Shown here: positions 14,384 to 22,360 of the stretch, piece by piece
How positions within the stretch are numbered: the first letter of the stretch is position 1
Layout of the letters: each line of letters starts with the position of its first letter
Source: Candidatus Tepidifontimicrobium thermophilum
GTDB lineage: Bacteria; Sysuimicrobiota; Sysuimicrobiia; Sysuimicrobiales; Sysuimicrobiaceae
Direction: 5' to 3'
Assembly (NCBI GenBank): GCA_031459915.1
Contig: JAVKHO010000027.1
Span: forward strand, 1-22,360
Length of the DNA: 22,360 nt
Notes under the pieces: generated by a model
What the model saw: the letters and a program-made list of their open reading frames with translations, nothing else
Databases searched by the model: none
Told to the model about the DNA's origin: nothing
Made by a program: the position numbers and the translations under genes

Positions 14384-15274
14384 TCAGTGCGCCGCCGCCA
14401 CGGAGACCGCAGGCGGGATGAGGTACATGAGGGTGAAGATGAACACCCACACCAGGTCCACGAAGTGCCAGTACAGCCCCGCGTTCTCTACCCGCTCGGC
14501 CCGGGTGTGTGGGTCCACGGGGGACGGCGGGGCCGGCGGCTCCTCCACGGCCTCCACCGCGTCCGCGGGCAGCATGGCCGCGTTGTTGGCGCCTTTGCCG
14601 GGGAGCAGCACCACCACCCGCCCGATCCGGGGGTGAGCCTTCTCCACCACGGTCTCGGGCCGGTCGGGGAGCACCAGCACCCGGACGCGGGCCCCGGGGT
14701 AGAGGGGCCGTCCCCGCCGGTCCTGCAGGGGCGTCTGCCAGTCCTCCAGGGCCCGCCGCTCTGCCCTAGCCTTGAAGAACACGTACATGAGGTACAGGAC
14801 CCCGCTGGTGACGTGGCCGCCGTGGAAGCCGGTGATGATGAAGAAACTGGCGCTGAAGGCCGGGACCCCCCACGGGTTGGTGTGCAGCCGCGCGCCCTCT
14901 TGGATGAAGTGGGTCCACTCGTACGCCTGCATCCCCAGGAAGGTCAGTCCTCCCGCGATGGTGAGGAGGAGGAACCGCTCCACCAGCGGGTGGTCCCCGC
15001 GCTTGGCGGCGTTCACCGCTACCGCCATGGTGGCGCTGCTGCAGATGAGGATGAAGGTCATGGCCCCCACCAGGCCGATGTTGAAGATCTCGGTGGCGTT
15101 GGGCCAGGCGCCTGCGGTCATCCGCGCGGCCCCGTAGGCGCTCAAAAGCCCCCCGAAGGTGAACGCGTCGGAGAGGAGGAAGATCCACATCATGAACTTC
15201 CCCCAGCTCATCCCGAAGGGCGACACCCCGCCGCCCCAGACGCTGACTTTCTGCTCCACGACCGCTTCCGCCAT
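14384..15274 (-). CDS. Heme-copper oxidase subunit IIIB (CoxP-like) with ~90-aa soluble insertion, 296 aa
   Basis: SD AGGAGGT before ATG15274. [52 protein letters not shown] motifs. Confidence 0.93.
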   Translation of the reverse strand: MAEAVVEQKVSVWGGGVSPFGMSWGKFMMWIFLLSDAFTFGGLLSAYGAARMTAGAWPNATEIFNIGLVGAMTFILICSSATMAVAVNAAKRGDHPLVERFLLLTIAGGLTFLGMQAYEWTHFIQEGARLHTNPWGVPAFSASFFIITGFHGGHVTSGVLYLMYVFFKARAERRALEDWQTPLQDRRGRPLYPGARVRVLVLPDRPETVVEKAHPRIGRVVVLLPGKGANNAAMLPADAVEAVEEPPAPPSPVDPHTRAERVENAGLYWHFVDLVWVFIFTLMYLIPPAVSVAAAH

Positions 15275-15282
15275 ACGACCTC

Positions 15283-15900
15283 CTACCGGGTGAACAGGAC
15301 CGCGAACAGCCACAGCCACAGGGCCGCGAGGAAGTGCCAGTACACCGACAGGTTTGACAGGTCGACCGCCGCCACAGCGGGCGCGCGGTGGCGGGTCCGC
15401 CGCAGGGCCAGGGCCCACCAGGCCAGGCCGCCCACCACGTGGACCAGGTGAGCCCCGGACAGTACGTAGAAGTAAGACGCCCCGGGGTTGGCCGCCAGTC
15501 CCACCCCCGAGGAGGTCAGCCACCCCCACCCGATCAGCTGGGCGGCCAGAAACCCCACGCCGAGCGCCAGGCCCCAGGCCATCCGCACCCGGGCCCGAGC
15601 CAGCAGCCCCCGGTATGCCGCTCTGCGGGCAGCTTCCAGCGCCGCGCTGCTTCCCAGCAGAGCCGCGGTTCCCGGCCACAGGACCGGGGGGCGGGGTGCC
15701 GGGACCCAGCCCACGGAGCCCATACGGCTCAACAGCGCCGAGCTGAGCCCCAGGAAGAACATGCCCACGGCCGCGACCACCAGCCACACGAACAGGGTGG
15801 CAGACCGCTCCCGGTCGGGCCGGCCGCCGGGGCCGCCGTTCCCGCGCGGCGGCGCCGGCGGCGTTTTCGGGGGAGCGGGGCGTTCCAGGGTGACCGCCAC
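15283..15900 (-). CDS. Heme-copper oxidase subunit IIIA (CoxO-like)
   Basis: [26 protein letters not shown] and YWHFL motifs; five TM segments. Confidence 0.9.
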   Translation of the reverse strand: MAVTLERPAPPKTPPAPPRGNGGPGGRPDRERSATLFVWLVVAAVGMFFLGLSSALLSRMGSVGWVPAPRPPVLWPGTAALLGSSAALEAARRAAYRGLLARARVRMAWGLALGVGFLAAQLIGWGWLTSSGVGLAANPGASYFYVLSGAHLVHVVGGLAWWALALRRTRHRAPAVAAVDLSNLSVYWHFLAALWLWLFAVLFTR

Positions 15901-15907
15901 AGCCGGG

Positions 15908-17650
15908 CTAGTGGCCTCCCACCCTCACGCCCGCGGGCTCCGGCTCCCACTGGGGCAGGTAGTCCTGGGGCGCTCCCGGGACGCTGTACTCGTACGGCCC
16001 GCGGTACACCTGGGGGATCTCCCCAGGCCAGTTGTGGTGGGGCGGGGGGCTTTCGGTGGACCACTCCAGGGTGGTCCCCCGCCAGGGGTTGCGGTCCGCG
16101 GGCCGCCCTGCGGCCAGGCTCCGCAGCATGTTGTAGGCCAGCACCAGCCCGCCCGCGAAGATGAGGAAGGCGCTCAGGGTGATGAAGACCTGTACCGGCT
16201 GCAGGTGGGCGAGGTACGGGAAGGCCCGGTAGTCGTAGATGCGCCGGTGCATCCCCGCCATCCCGAGGTAGTACATGGGGAAGAAGGTCCCGTACACGCC
16301 CAGCAGGGTCAGCCAGAAGTGGATCCGCCCCAGCCGTTCGTCCAGGAGCCGTCCGAACATCTTCGGGAACCAGAAGTAGATGCCGGCAAAGATCCCGAGC
16401 ACCGCCGCGGTCCCCATCACCAGGTGGAAGTGGCCGACCACGTAGTAGGTGTCGTGCAGGGGGATATCCACGGGCGCGTTGCCCAGGTGGATGCCCGTGA
16501 GCCCCCCCGCCACGAACAGGGATACGAACCCAACCGCGAACAGCATGGCGGTGGAGAAGTACAGCTTGCCGCGCCACAGGGTCGCCAGCCAGTTGAACGT
16601 CTTCACCGCGGACGGCACGCCGATGAGCAGGGTGGTGAGGGCGAACCCCGTCCCCAGCAGGGGGTGCATCCCGCTCACGAACATGTGGTGGCCCCACACC
16701 AGGAAGCTCAGGATCCCGATGGCCAGCATGGAGGCCACCATGGCGGGGTAGCCGAACACAGGCTTACGGGCGAAGTTGGCGATGACGTCGGAGACGATCC
16801 CCATGGGAGGCAGGATGACGATGTACACCTCCGGGTGTCCGAAGAACCAGAACAGGTGCTGCCACAGGAGGGGGTTCCCTCCCGTGTGCGGGATCACCTG
16901 ACCGCCCACCACCAGGCCTCCGGGTACGAAGAAGCTGGTGCCCGCCAGCCGGTCGAACAGCAGGAGGATCCCCGCGGCCATCAGCACGGGGAACGTAAGC
17001 AAAGCCAGCACCGCGGCCACGAAGATGCCCCAGACGGTGAGGGGCATCCGCATGAGGGACATGCCCCGGGTCCGCAGGACCAGGATGGTGGTGATGTAGT
17101 TCAGGGAGCCCAGCAGGCTGGAGACGCAGAAGATGGCGATGGACACCAGCCACAGGGTCTGGCCGAGGCCGCTTCCGGGTGCTGCCTGTGGCAGGGCGCT
17201 GAGGGGCGGGTACGCGGTCCACCCCGCGTTCAGGGGCCCTCCCGGGACGAAGAAGCTCGCCACCAGGGGCACGATGGAGAGGGCGAAGACCCAGTACGAC
17301 AGCATGTTCACGAAGGGGAAGGCCATGTCCCGGGCGCCGATCTTCAGCGGCACCAGGAAGTTCGCGAAGCCCCCCAGCAGGGCCGGGGTGAGGACGAAGA
17401 ACACCATGATGGTGCCGTGCATGCTGATGGCGGCCAGGTACTGGTCCGCCTTGAGGATCCCCGACTGCGGCCACGCCAGCTGCGTGCGGAACACCATGGC
17501 CAGCGCCCCGCCCACCAGGGCCATGAAGAGGGAGGTGAGCAGGTACTGCAGCCCGATGACCTTATGGTCCTGGCTGAACACGTACCGGGTCCAGAAGCTC
17601 TCCCGGTGCGGGTGTTCCACGTGTACGTGGGCTTCCGCGGCCGCCGCCAT
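15908..17650 (-). CDS. ctaD: Heme-copper oxidase subunit I, type A1 (CoxN-like)
   Basis: Six His ligands in MHGTIM, WFFGHPEVY, VWGHHMF and GHFH. D-channel RDMAFP and K-channel PSAVK present. Confidence 0.98.
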   Translation of the reverse strand: MAAAAEAHVHVEHPHRESFWTRYVFSQDHKVIGLQYLLTSLFMALVGGALAMVFRTQLAWPQSGILKADQYLAAISMHGTIMVFFVLTPALLGGFANFLVPLKIGARDMAFPFVNMLSYWVFALSIVPLVASFFVPGGPLNAGWTAYPPLSALPQAAPGSGLGQTLWLVSIAIFCVSSLLGSLNYITTILVLRTRGMSLMRMPLTVWGIFVAAVLALLTFPVLMAAGILLLFDRLAGTSFFVPGGLVVGGQVIPHTGGNPLLWQHLFWFFGHPEVYIVILPPMGIVSDVIANFARKPVFGYPAMVASMLAIGILSFLVWGHHMFVSGMHPLLGTGFALTTLLIGVPSAVKTFNWLATLWRGKLYFSTAMLFAVGFVSLFVAGGLTGIHLGNAPVDIPLHDTYYVVGHFHLVMGTAAVLGIFAGIYFWFPKMFGRLLDERLGRIHFWLTLLGVYGTFFPMYYLGMAGMHRRIYDYRAFPYLAHLQPVQVFITLSAFLIFAGGLVLAYNMLRSLAAGRPADRNPWRGTTLEWSTESPPPHHNWPGEIPQVYRGPYEYSVPGAPQDYLPQWEPEPAGVRVGGH

Positions 17651-17662
17651 GGTTTTTCCCTC

Positions 17663-18490
17663 CTACTTCCGCCGAGCCTGCTGGCGCATCCAGCGGTCGA
17701 ACTCCTCCTGGGTGACCACCCGGACCTTCCCCGCCATGGTGTAGTGGCCTACCCCGCACAGCTCCGCGCACGCTAGGTCGAACTCCCCCGTCTGGGTGGG
17801 GGTGAACACCAGCTCCGTGGTGGCACCCGGCAGGAGGTCCTTCTTGAGCCGGAAGGCGGGCACCCAGAAACTGTGCTGGACGTCGCGGGTCCGCAGGAGG
17901 ACCCGGTTGGGCCGGTTCGCTACCAGGTAGATCTGCGGGCTCACGACGTCGTCCCGGGAAGCGGGGTCCTGCGGGTCCACGTTGAAGGGGGCCGGGATTC
18001 GGTTGTCCACGCGGCCCAACTTCCCGTCGGGGCCGGGATAGCGGGCCGACCACCCGAACTGCTCCCCCCGGACCTCCACCACGAAGGCGTCCGGCGGCGG
18101 AGGGGCGTGCACCCGGGACCACAGCACCATCCCGGCCACGCTGAGGGCCACCAGCACCGCCGCGGGCACTGCGGTGTAGGTGACCTCCAGGGCGGTGTGG
18201 TGGGGGAAGTACAGCGCGGCCTCCCTGCCCCGGGCCCGGTACCGGATCACGAAATACCCGAGGAGGAGGTGGACCAGGATGAAGGCCACCAGGATGATTC
18301 CCAGGATGATGTCGAACAGGGACTGGATGCTGGTGCCTTCCCGGGTCACCGACTGGGGGGTCCAAGCCCAGCGCGCGTACAGAGCGCCCCCCAGGCCCAG
18401 CAAGGAGAACAACCACACCGCGAGGCCGAGGCTGAGACCGGATCTCTGGGTTTCCTCCAGGGGGCTGGGGAGTTGGGGACTCGCATCCAT
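17663..18490 (-). CDS. ctaC: Cytochrome c oxidase subunit II with CuA site, no fused cytochrome c (CoxM-like), 275 aa
   Basis: ATG18490 preceded by AGGAGAGG. LEVTYT, QFGW, DVQHSFWVP and CAELCGVGHYTM motifs; no CxxCH. Confidence 0.96.
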   Translation of the reverse strand: MDASPQLPSPLEETQRSGLSLGLAVWLFSLLGLGGALYARWAWTPQSVTREGTSIQSLFDIILGIILVAFILVHLLLGYFVIRYRARGREAALYFPHHTALEVTYTAVPAAVLVALSVAGMVLWSRVHAPPPPDAFVVEVRGEQFGWSARYPGPDGKLGRVDNRIPAPFNVDPQDPASRDDVVSPQIYLVANRPNRVLLRTRDVQHSFWVPAFRLKKDLLPGATTELVFTPTQTGEFDLACAELCGVGHYTMAGKVRVVTQEEFDRWMRQQARRK

Positions 18491-18617
18491 CTCCAATCCT
18501 CTCCTGTCGCCTTCGCCGTACGGTTCGGGGGAAGGGGACCAAAACCCTTCTGGCAAACAGTAAGGAGGGCGCCCCGCGACGCCCTCCCCTCCGTCGCTCG
18601 CTTCAACCCCTGGGCAC

Positions 18618-18647
18618 AGTATAGGGCGCGGGGCCAAGCCCAGCCAA
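18618..18647 (-). promoter_or_regulatory. Putative sigma70 promoter of the cox operon
   Basis: Minus strand TTGGCT(18647-18642)-18 nt-TATACT(18623-18618). Confidence 0.6.
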
Positions 18648-18652
18648 GCCCA
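18633..18652. repeat. Perfect 10-bp tandem repeat (GCCAAGCCCA)x2
   Basis: 18633-18642 and 18643-18652 are identical and lie between the divergent promoters. Confidence 0.9.
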
Positions 18653-18653
18653 T

Positions 18654-18682
18654 TTGACACCGCAGGGCCAATTGTCTATCCT
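18654..18682 (+). promoter_or_regulatory. sigma70 promoter of ybxF-rpsL-rpsG-fusA-tuf
   Basis: TTGACA(18654-18659)-17 nt-TATCCT(18677-18682). Confidence 0.88.
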
Positions 18683-18694
18683 CTGGAAGGTTGC

Positions 18695-18735
18695 CCGGAG
18701 CCACGATGAAGGGCGTAGCCCGGAGGGGGACCCGG
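18695..18735 (+). promoter_or_regulatory. Putative kink-turn hairpin in the 5' UTR of the L7Ae-like gene, overlapping its SD
   Basis: CCAC-GAT-GAA-GGGC-GTA-GCCC-GGA-GGGG: 3-nt bulge followed by G.A, A.G, A.G pairs and a 4-bp stem. Confidence 0.65.
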
Positions 18736-18995
18736 TGACCGAGCTGGAAGCGCTGGGCCGCGCGGAGTCGCGCGCGGTCGGGGCCAACCAGACCACCAAG
18801 GCCATCCGGAAGGGGAGGGCGGAGGTGGTGTTCGTGGCGCGGGACGCGGACCGAAAGGTGGTGGAGCCGGTCCTGCGGGCCGCGCAGGAGATGGGCGTGC
18901 CGGTGGTGGAGGTCGCCTCCGGCAGAGAGCTGGGTCGGGCGTGCGGGATCGCCGTAGGGGCATCTGCCGCGGCGATTCTCAAGCGCGACCGGTAG
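18735..18995 (+). CDS. ybxF: L7Ae/L30e-family RNA-binding protein (YbxF-like), 86 aa
   Basis: SD GGAGGGG before GTG18735. VGANQTTKAI, VFVARDAD, ELGRACGIAVGA motifs; canonical position upstream of rpsL. Confidence 0.93.
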   Translation: MTELEALGRAESRAVGANQTTKAIRKGRAEVVFVARDADRKVVEPVLRAAQEMGVPVVEVASGRELGRACGIAVGASAAAILKRDR

Positions 18996-19236
18996 CCGCA
19001 CGGAACGGCCGATTACGGTGCCCCTCGCTCCGCGGGGGGTTGCCGCGCCGCAGGGAGCCGGGCCGGTCAAGAGCCCCGGTGCCAGCCGGGAGCTCCGCTG
19101 ACGGACAGGGCCCGGGTCCCGGAGGGCGCGGACGCATCCGGCGCACAGCACAGTTCGGGTCAGCGGGCGCGTGGAGCCGGGCGCCCCGGAGGGGGCGCCT
19201 GGAGTTTGCGGACTCTTCGGCTGGGAGGGAGCTGGA

Positions 19237-19611
19237 ATGCCGACCATCAACCAGTTGGTGCGGCTGGGGCGGGAGCCCCTGACGCACAAAAGCAAGTCCC
19301 CGGCGCTGCAGGGGAACCCGTTCAAGCGGGGGGTCTGCATCCAGGTCAAGACCATGACCCCGAAGAAGCCGAACTCTGCCCTGCGGAAGATCGCCCGGGT
19401 CCGGCTGACCAACGGCATCGAGGTCACCGCGTACATCCCGGGGATCGGCCACAACCTGCAGGAGCACTCGGTGGTCCTCGTCCGGGGCGGCCGGGTGAAG
19501 GACCTCCCGGGCATCCGGTACCACATCGTTCGGGGTGCCCTGGACGCGGCCGGGGTGGCCAACCGCCGGCAGGGGCGGAGTAAGTACGGGGCCAAGCGGC
19601 CGAAGCAGTAG
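19237..19611 (+). CDS. rpsL: 30S ribosomal protein S12
   Basis: [29 protein letters not shown] motifs; SD GGGAGG. Confidence 0.99.
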   Translation: MPTINQLVRLGREPLTHKSKSPALQGNPFKRGVCIQVKTMTPKKPNSALRKIARVRLTNGIEVTAYIPGIGHNLQEHSVVLVRGGRVKDLPGIRYHIVRGALDAAGVANRRQGRSKYGAKRPKQ

Positions 19612-19623
19612 GAGGGAGACGGC

Positions 19624-20094
19624 ATGCCGCGCAAGGGACCGGTGCCGCCGCGGGTCATCCCGCCGGACGTGGTGTACGGGAACGTGATGGTCCAGCGGCT
19701 GATCAACAAGGTCATGACCCGGGGGAAGAAGACCCTGGCGGAGCGCATCGTGTACTCGGCCCTGCGGAACGTGGAGCAGCGGACCGGCCAGCCCGCGGTA
19801 CAGGTGCTGGAGAAGGCGCTGCAGAACGTGATGCCGCTGCTGGAGGTGAAGCCGCGGCGGGTGGGTGGGGCGAACTACCAGGTGCCCGTCGAGGTCCGGC
19901 CGGAGCGTCGGGTGTCTCTGGGGATCCGGTGGCTGGTGGAGTACGCGCGGCAGCGGCCGGAGCGCGGCATGGTGGAGAAACTCACCCGGGAGATCCTGGA
20001 TGCCGCCCAGGGGCAGGGCGGTGCGGTGAAGCGGAAGGAGGAGGTACACCGGATGGCGGAGGCCAACAAGGCCTTCGCCCACTACCGCTGGTAG
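19624..20094 (+). CDS. rpsG: 30S ribosomal protein S7
   Basis: [34 protein letters not shown] motifs. Confidence 0.99.
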   Translation: MPRKGPVPPRVIPPDVVYGNVMVQRLINKVMTRGKKTLAERIVYSALRNVEQRTGQPAVQVLEKALQNVMPLLEVKPRRVGGANYQVPVEVRPERRVSLGIRWLVEYARQRPERGMVEKLTREILDAAQGQGGAVKRKEEVHRMAEANKAFAHYRW

Positions 20095-20115
20095 TCCGGT
20101 GTCGGGAGGTCGGCG

Positions 20116-22203
20116 TTGGCCGTGAGGGTACCGCTGGAGCGGATTCGGAACATCGGGATCGTCGCCCACATCGACGCGGGCAAGACGACTACCACCGAGC
20201 GCATCCTCTTCTACACCGGGCGCGTGCACCGGCTCGGGGAGGTGGACGAGGGCTCCGCCACCATGGACTGGATGGTCCAGGAGCGGGAGCGAGGGATCAC
20301 CATCACCTCCGCGGCCACCACGTGCTTCTGGCGGGACCACCGGATCAACATCATCGATACCCCGGGCCACGTGGACTTCACCATCGAGGTGGAGCGGTCC
20401 CTGCGGGTGCTGGACGGTGCGGTGGTGATCCTGAGCGCCGTGGAGGGCGTCCAGCCCCAGTCGGAGACGGTCTGGCGGCAGGCGGACCGGTACCGGGTGC
20501 CCCGGATCCTGTACGTGAACAAGATGGACCGGGTGGGCGCGGACTTCCTCCGCGTGGTGGACATGGTGCGGGAGCGCCTGGGGGCGCCCGCGGTCCCCGT
20601 GCAGCTCCCGGTGGGCTCGGAGGAGTCCTTCCAGGGCGTGGTGGACCTGGTGCGGATGAAGTCCATCCTGTACCTGGACGACCTGGGAACCCGCTCCAGC
20701 GAGACGGCCATCCCGCCGGAGATCCAGGACCTGGTGGACGCTTACCGGGAGCGGCTCCTGGAGGCGGCCGCGGAGTGCGACGACGCGGTGATGCTGCGGT
20801 ACCTGGAGGGCCAGCCGGTCCCGGAGGCAGACCTGCGGCGGGCCATTCGGAAGGGGACCCTGTCGGGCAGGCTGGTACCGGTTCTGGCAGGATCGTCCTT
20901 CCGGAACAAGGGAGTGCAGCCGCTGCTGGACGCGGTGGTGGACTACCTCCCCTCCCCCCTGGACATCGGAGCCGTCCGCGGGACCCACCCCAGGACCGGA
21001 GAGGTGGAGGAGCGGCCGGTGGACGAGCAGGCGCCCTTCTGCGCCCTGGCCTTCAAGATCATGACCGACCCCTACGTGGGCAAGCTCACCTACTTCCGCG
21101 TGTACTCGGGCACCCTGCGCGCCGGGTCCTATGTTTTCAACGCCACCCGCGGCGTGCGGGAGCGCGTCAGCCGGATCCTGCTGATGCACGCGAACCACCG
21201 GGAGGACATTCCGGAGGCTACCGCGGGGAACGTGGTGGCCGCAGTGGGGCTGCGGGAGACCACCACGGGGGACACCCTGTGTGACGAGGCAGCCCCTCTC
21301 GTGCTGGAGCCCATCCAGTTCCCGGAGCCCGTGATCTCGGTGGCGGTGGAGCCGAAGACCAAGGCGGATTCCGACAAGCTGACCGCGGCCCTGGCCAAAC
21401 TGGCGGAGGAGGATCCGTCCTTCCGGGTGCGGTTCGATCCGGAGACCGGGCAGACCCTCATCGCGGGGATGGGGGAGCTGCACCTGGAGATCATCACCGA
21501 CCGGCTGGTGCGCGAGTTCAAGGTGGAGGCCCACGTGGGCCGGCCCCAGGTGGCGTACAAGGAGACCATCCGGCAGCCGGCCCGGGGAGAGGGGCGCTTC
21601 ATCCGGCAGACGGGCGGCCGGGGCCAGTACGGCCACGCGGTGGTGGAGATCGAGCCCCTGCCCCGGGGCAGCGGGTTCGAGTTCGTGGACCGGATCACCG
21701 GCGGGGTGATCCCCAGGGAGTTCATCAAGCCCGTGGAGGACGGGGTCCGGGAAGCTATGGAGTCTGGGGTCCTGGCCGGGTACCCCGTGGTGGACGTGCG
21801 GGTGACCCTGGTGGACGGCTCCTACCACGAGGTGGACTCCTCGGAGCTGGCCTTCAAGATCGCGGGCTCCCTGGCGTTCAAGGATGCGGCCCGGAAGGCC
21901 AAGCCCGTCCTCCTGGAGCCCGTGATGAAAGTGGAGGTGACCACCCCGGAGGCCTACATGGGCGACGTGCTGGCGGACCTGAACGCCCGCCGGGGCCGGA
22001 TCCAGGCCATGGAGCAGCGGCAGGGGTTGCGGGTGATCACGGCCCTGGTGCCGCTGGCAGAGATGTTCGGGTACGCCACGGACCTGCGGTCGCGGACCCA
22101 GGGACGGGCGGTGTACACTATGGAGTTCTCCCACTACGAGGAGGTCCCCGCGGCCGTAGCCGAGGAGGTCCTCAAGGGCCGGCTCGCGGTGGCCCGGACC
22201 TAG
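20116..22203 (+). CDS. fusA: Elongation factor G
   Basis: [40 protein letters not shown] motifs. TTG start with SD GGGAGGT. Confidence 0.99.
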   Translation: MAVRVPLERIRNIGIVAHIDAGKTTTTERILFYTGRVHRLGEVDEGSATMDWMVQERERGITITSAATTCFWRDHRINIIDTPGHVDFTIEVERSLRVLDGAVVILSAVEGVQPQSETVWRQADRYRVPRILYVNKMDRVGADFLRVVDMVRERLGAPAVPVQLPVGSEESFQGVVDLVRMKSILYLDDLGTRSSETAIPPEIQDLVDAYRERLLEAAAECDDAVMLRYLEGQPVPEADLRRAIRKGTLSGRLVPVLAGSSFRNKGVQPLLDAVVDYLPSPLDIGAVRGTHPRTGEVEERPVDEQAPFCALAFKIMTDPYVGKLTYFRVYSGTLRAGSYVFNATRGVRERVSRILLMHANHREDIPEATAGNVVAAVGLRETTTGDTLCDEAAPLVLEPIQFPEPVISVAVEPKTKADSDKLTAALAKLAEEDPSFRVRFDPETGQTLIAGMGELHLEIITDRLVREFKVEAHVGRPQVAYKETIRQPARGEGRFIRQTGGRGQYGHAVVEIEPLPRGSGFEFVDRITGGVIPREFIKPVEDGVREAMESGVLAGYPVVDVRVTLVDGSYHEVDSSELAFKIAGSLAFKDAARKAKPVLLEPVMKVEVTTPEAYMGDVLADLNARRGRIQAMEQRQGLRVITALVPLAEMFGYATDLRSRTQGRAVYTMEFSHYEEVPAAVAEEVLKGRLAVART

Positions 22204-22233
22204 GAAAAACCCTGCGCGGAGGGGGCGAGGAGA

Positions 22234-22360
22234 ATGGCCAAGCCGAAGTTTGAGCGGCGGAAGCCGCATGTGAACATTGGGACGATTGGGCATGTGGATC
22301 ATGGGAAGACGACGTTAACGGCGGCGATCACGCATGCGATGGCGCGGTATGGGTTAGCGG
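22234..22360 (+). CDS. tuf: Elongation factor Tu, 5' end (partial; second copy)
   Basis: [33 protein letters not shown]; runs off the window end. Confidence 0.99.
   Translation, partial: MAKPKFERRKPHVNIGTIGHVDHGKTTLTAAITHAMARYGLA

Noticed and set aside
14492..14770. Intein or frameshift explanation for the subunit IIIB insert
   Set aside because: Frame is continuous, flanking motifs are intact and no intein splice-junction residues are present.
18491..18982. ORF-track N-terminal extensions of subunit II (to 18982) and of the L7Ae gene (from 18654); likewise nusG 2559, rpoC 9618, rpsL 19171 and subunit IIIB 15787
   Set aside because: Extensions run over promoters or neighbouring genes; downstream starts have SD sequences or stop-start coupling and match family N-termini.
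19237..19611. Streptomycin-resistance allele of rpsL
   Set aside because: Key lysines in TPKKPNSA and RVKDLPG are wild type.

Overview
High-GC bacterial chromosome segment, probably Terrabacteria-type (inferred from gene order, compact RpoB/RpoC and the ybxF-rpsL link). It carries the core transcription/translation cluster and is bounded at both ends by partial tuf copies: tuf'-rpmG-trnW-secE-nusG-rplKA-rplJL-rpoBC-ybxF(L7Ae-like)-rpsL-rpsG-fusA-'tuf. Three sets of extra genes interrupt it. (1) After rpmG, a 57-aa very basic ORF missed by the ORF track, plus a Bcr/CflA-type MFS transporter whose stop codon lies inside tRNA-Trp. (2) A secreted CsgG/FlgO/TolB_N-like protein before secE. (3) ctaG plus an oppositely oriented CoxMNOPQ-type A1 heme-copper oxidase operon between rpoC and ybxF. 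The strongest leads are: a near-perfect kink-turn covering the Shine-Dalgarno of the k-turn-binding L7Ae-like gene (candidate bacterial autoregulation); the small basic ORF (candidate ribosome-associated protein); a ~90-aa soluble SH3-like insert in oxidase subunit IIIB; clustered substitutions around the RNA polymerase bridge helix and rifamycin pocket; and long structured leaders before rpoB and rpsL. All family assignments are by eye; no searches or folding programs were run.
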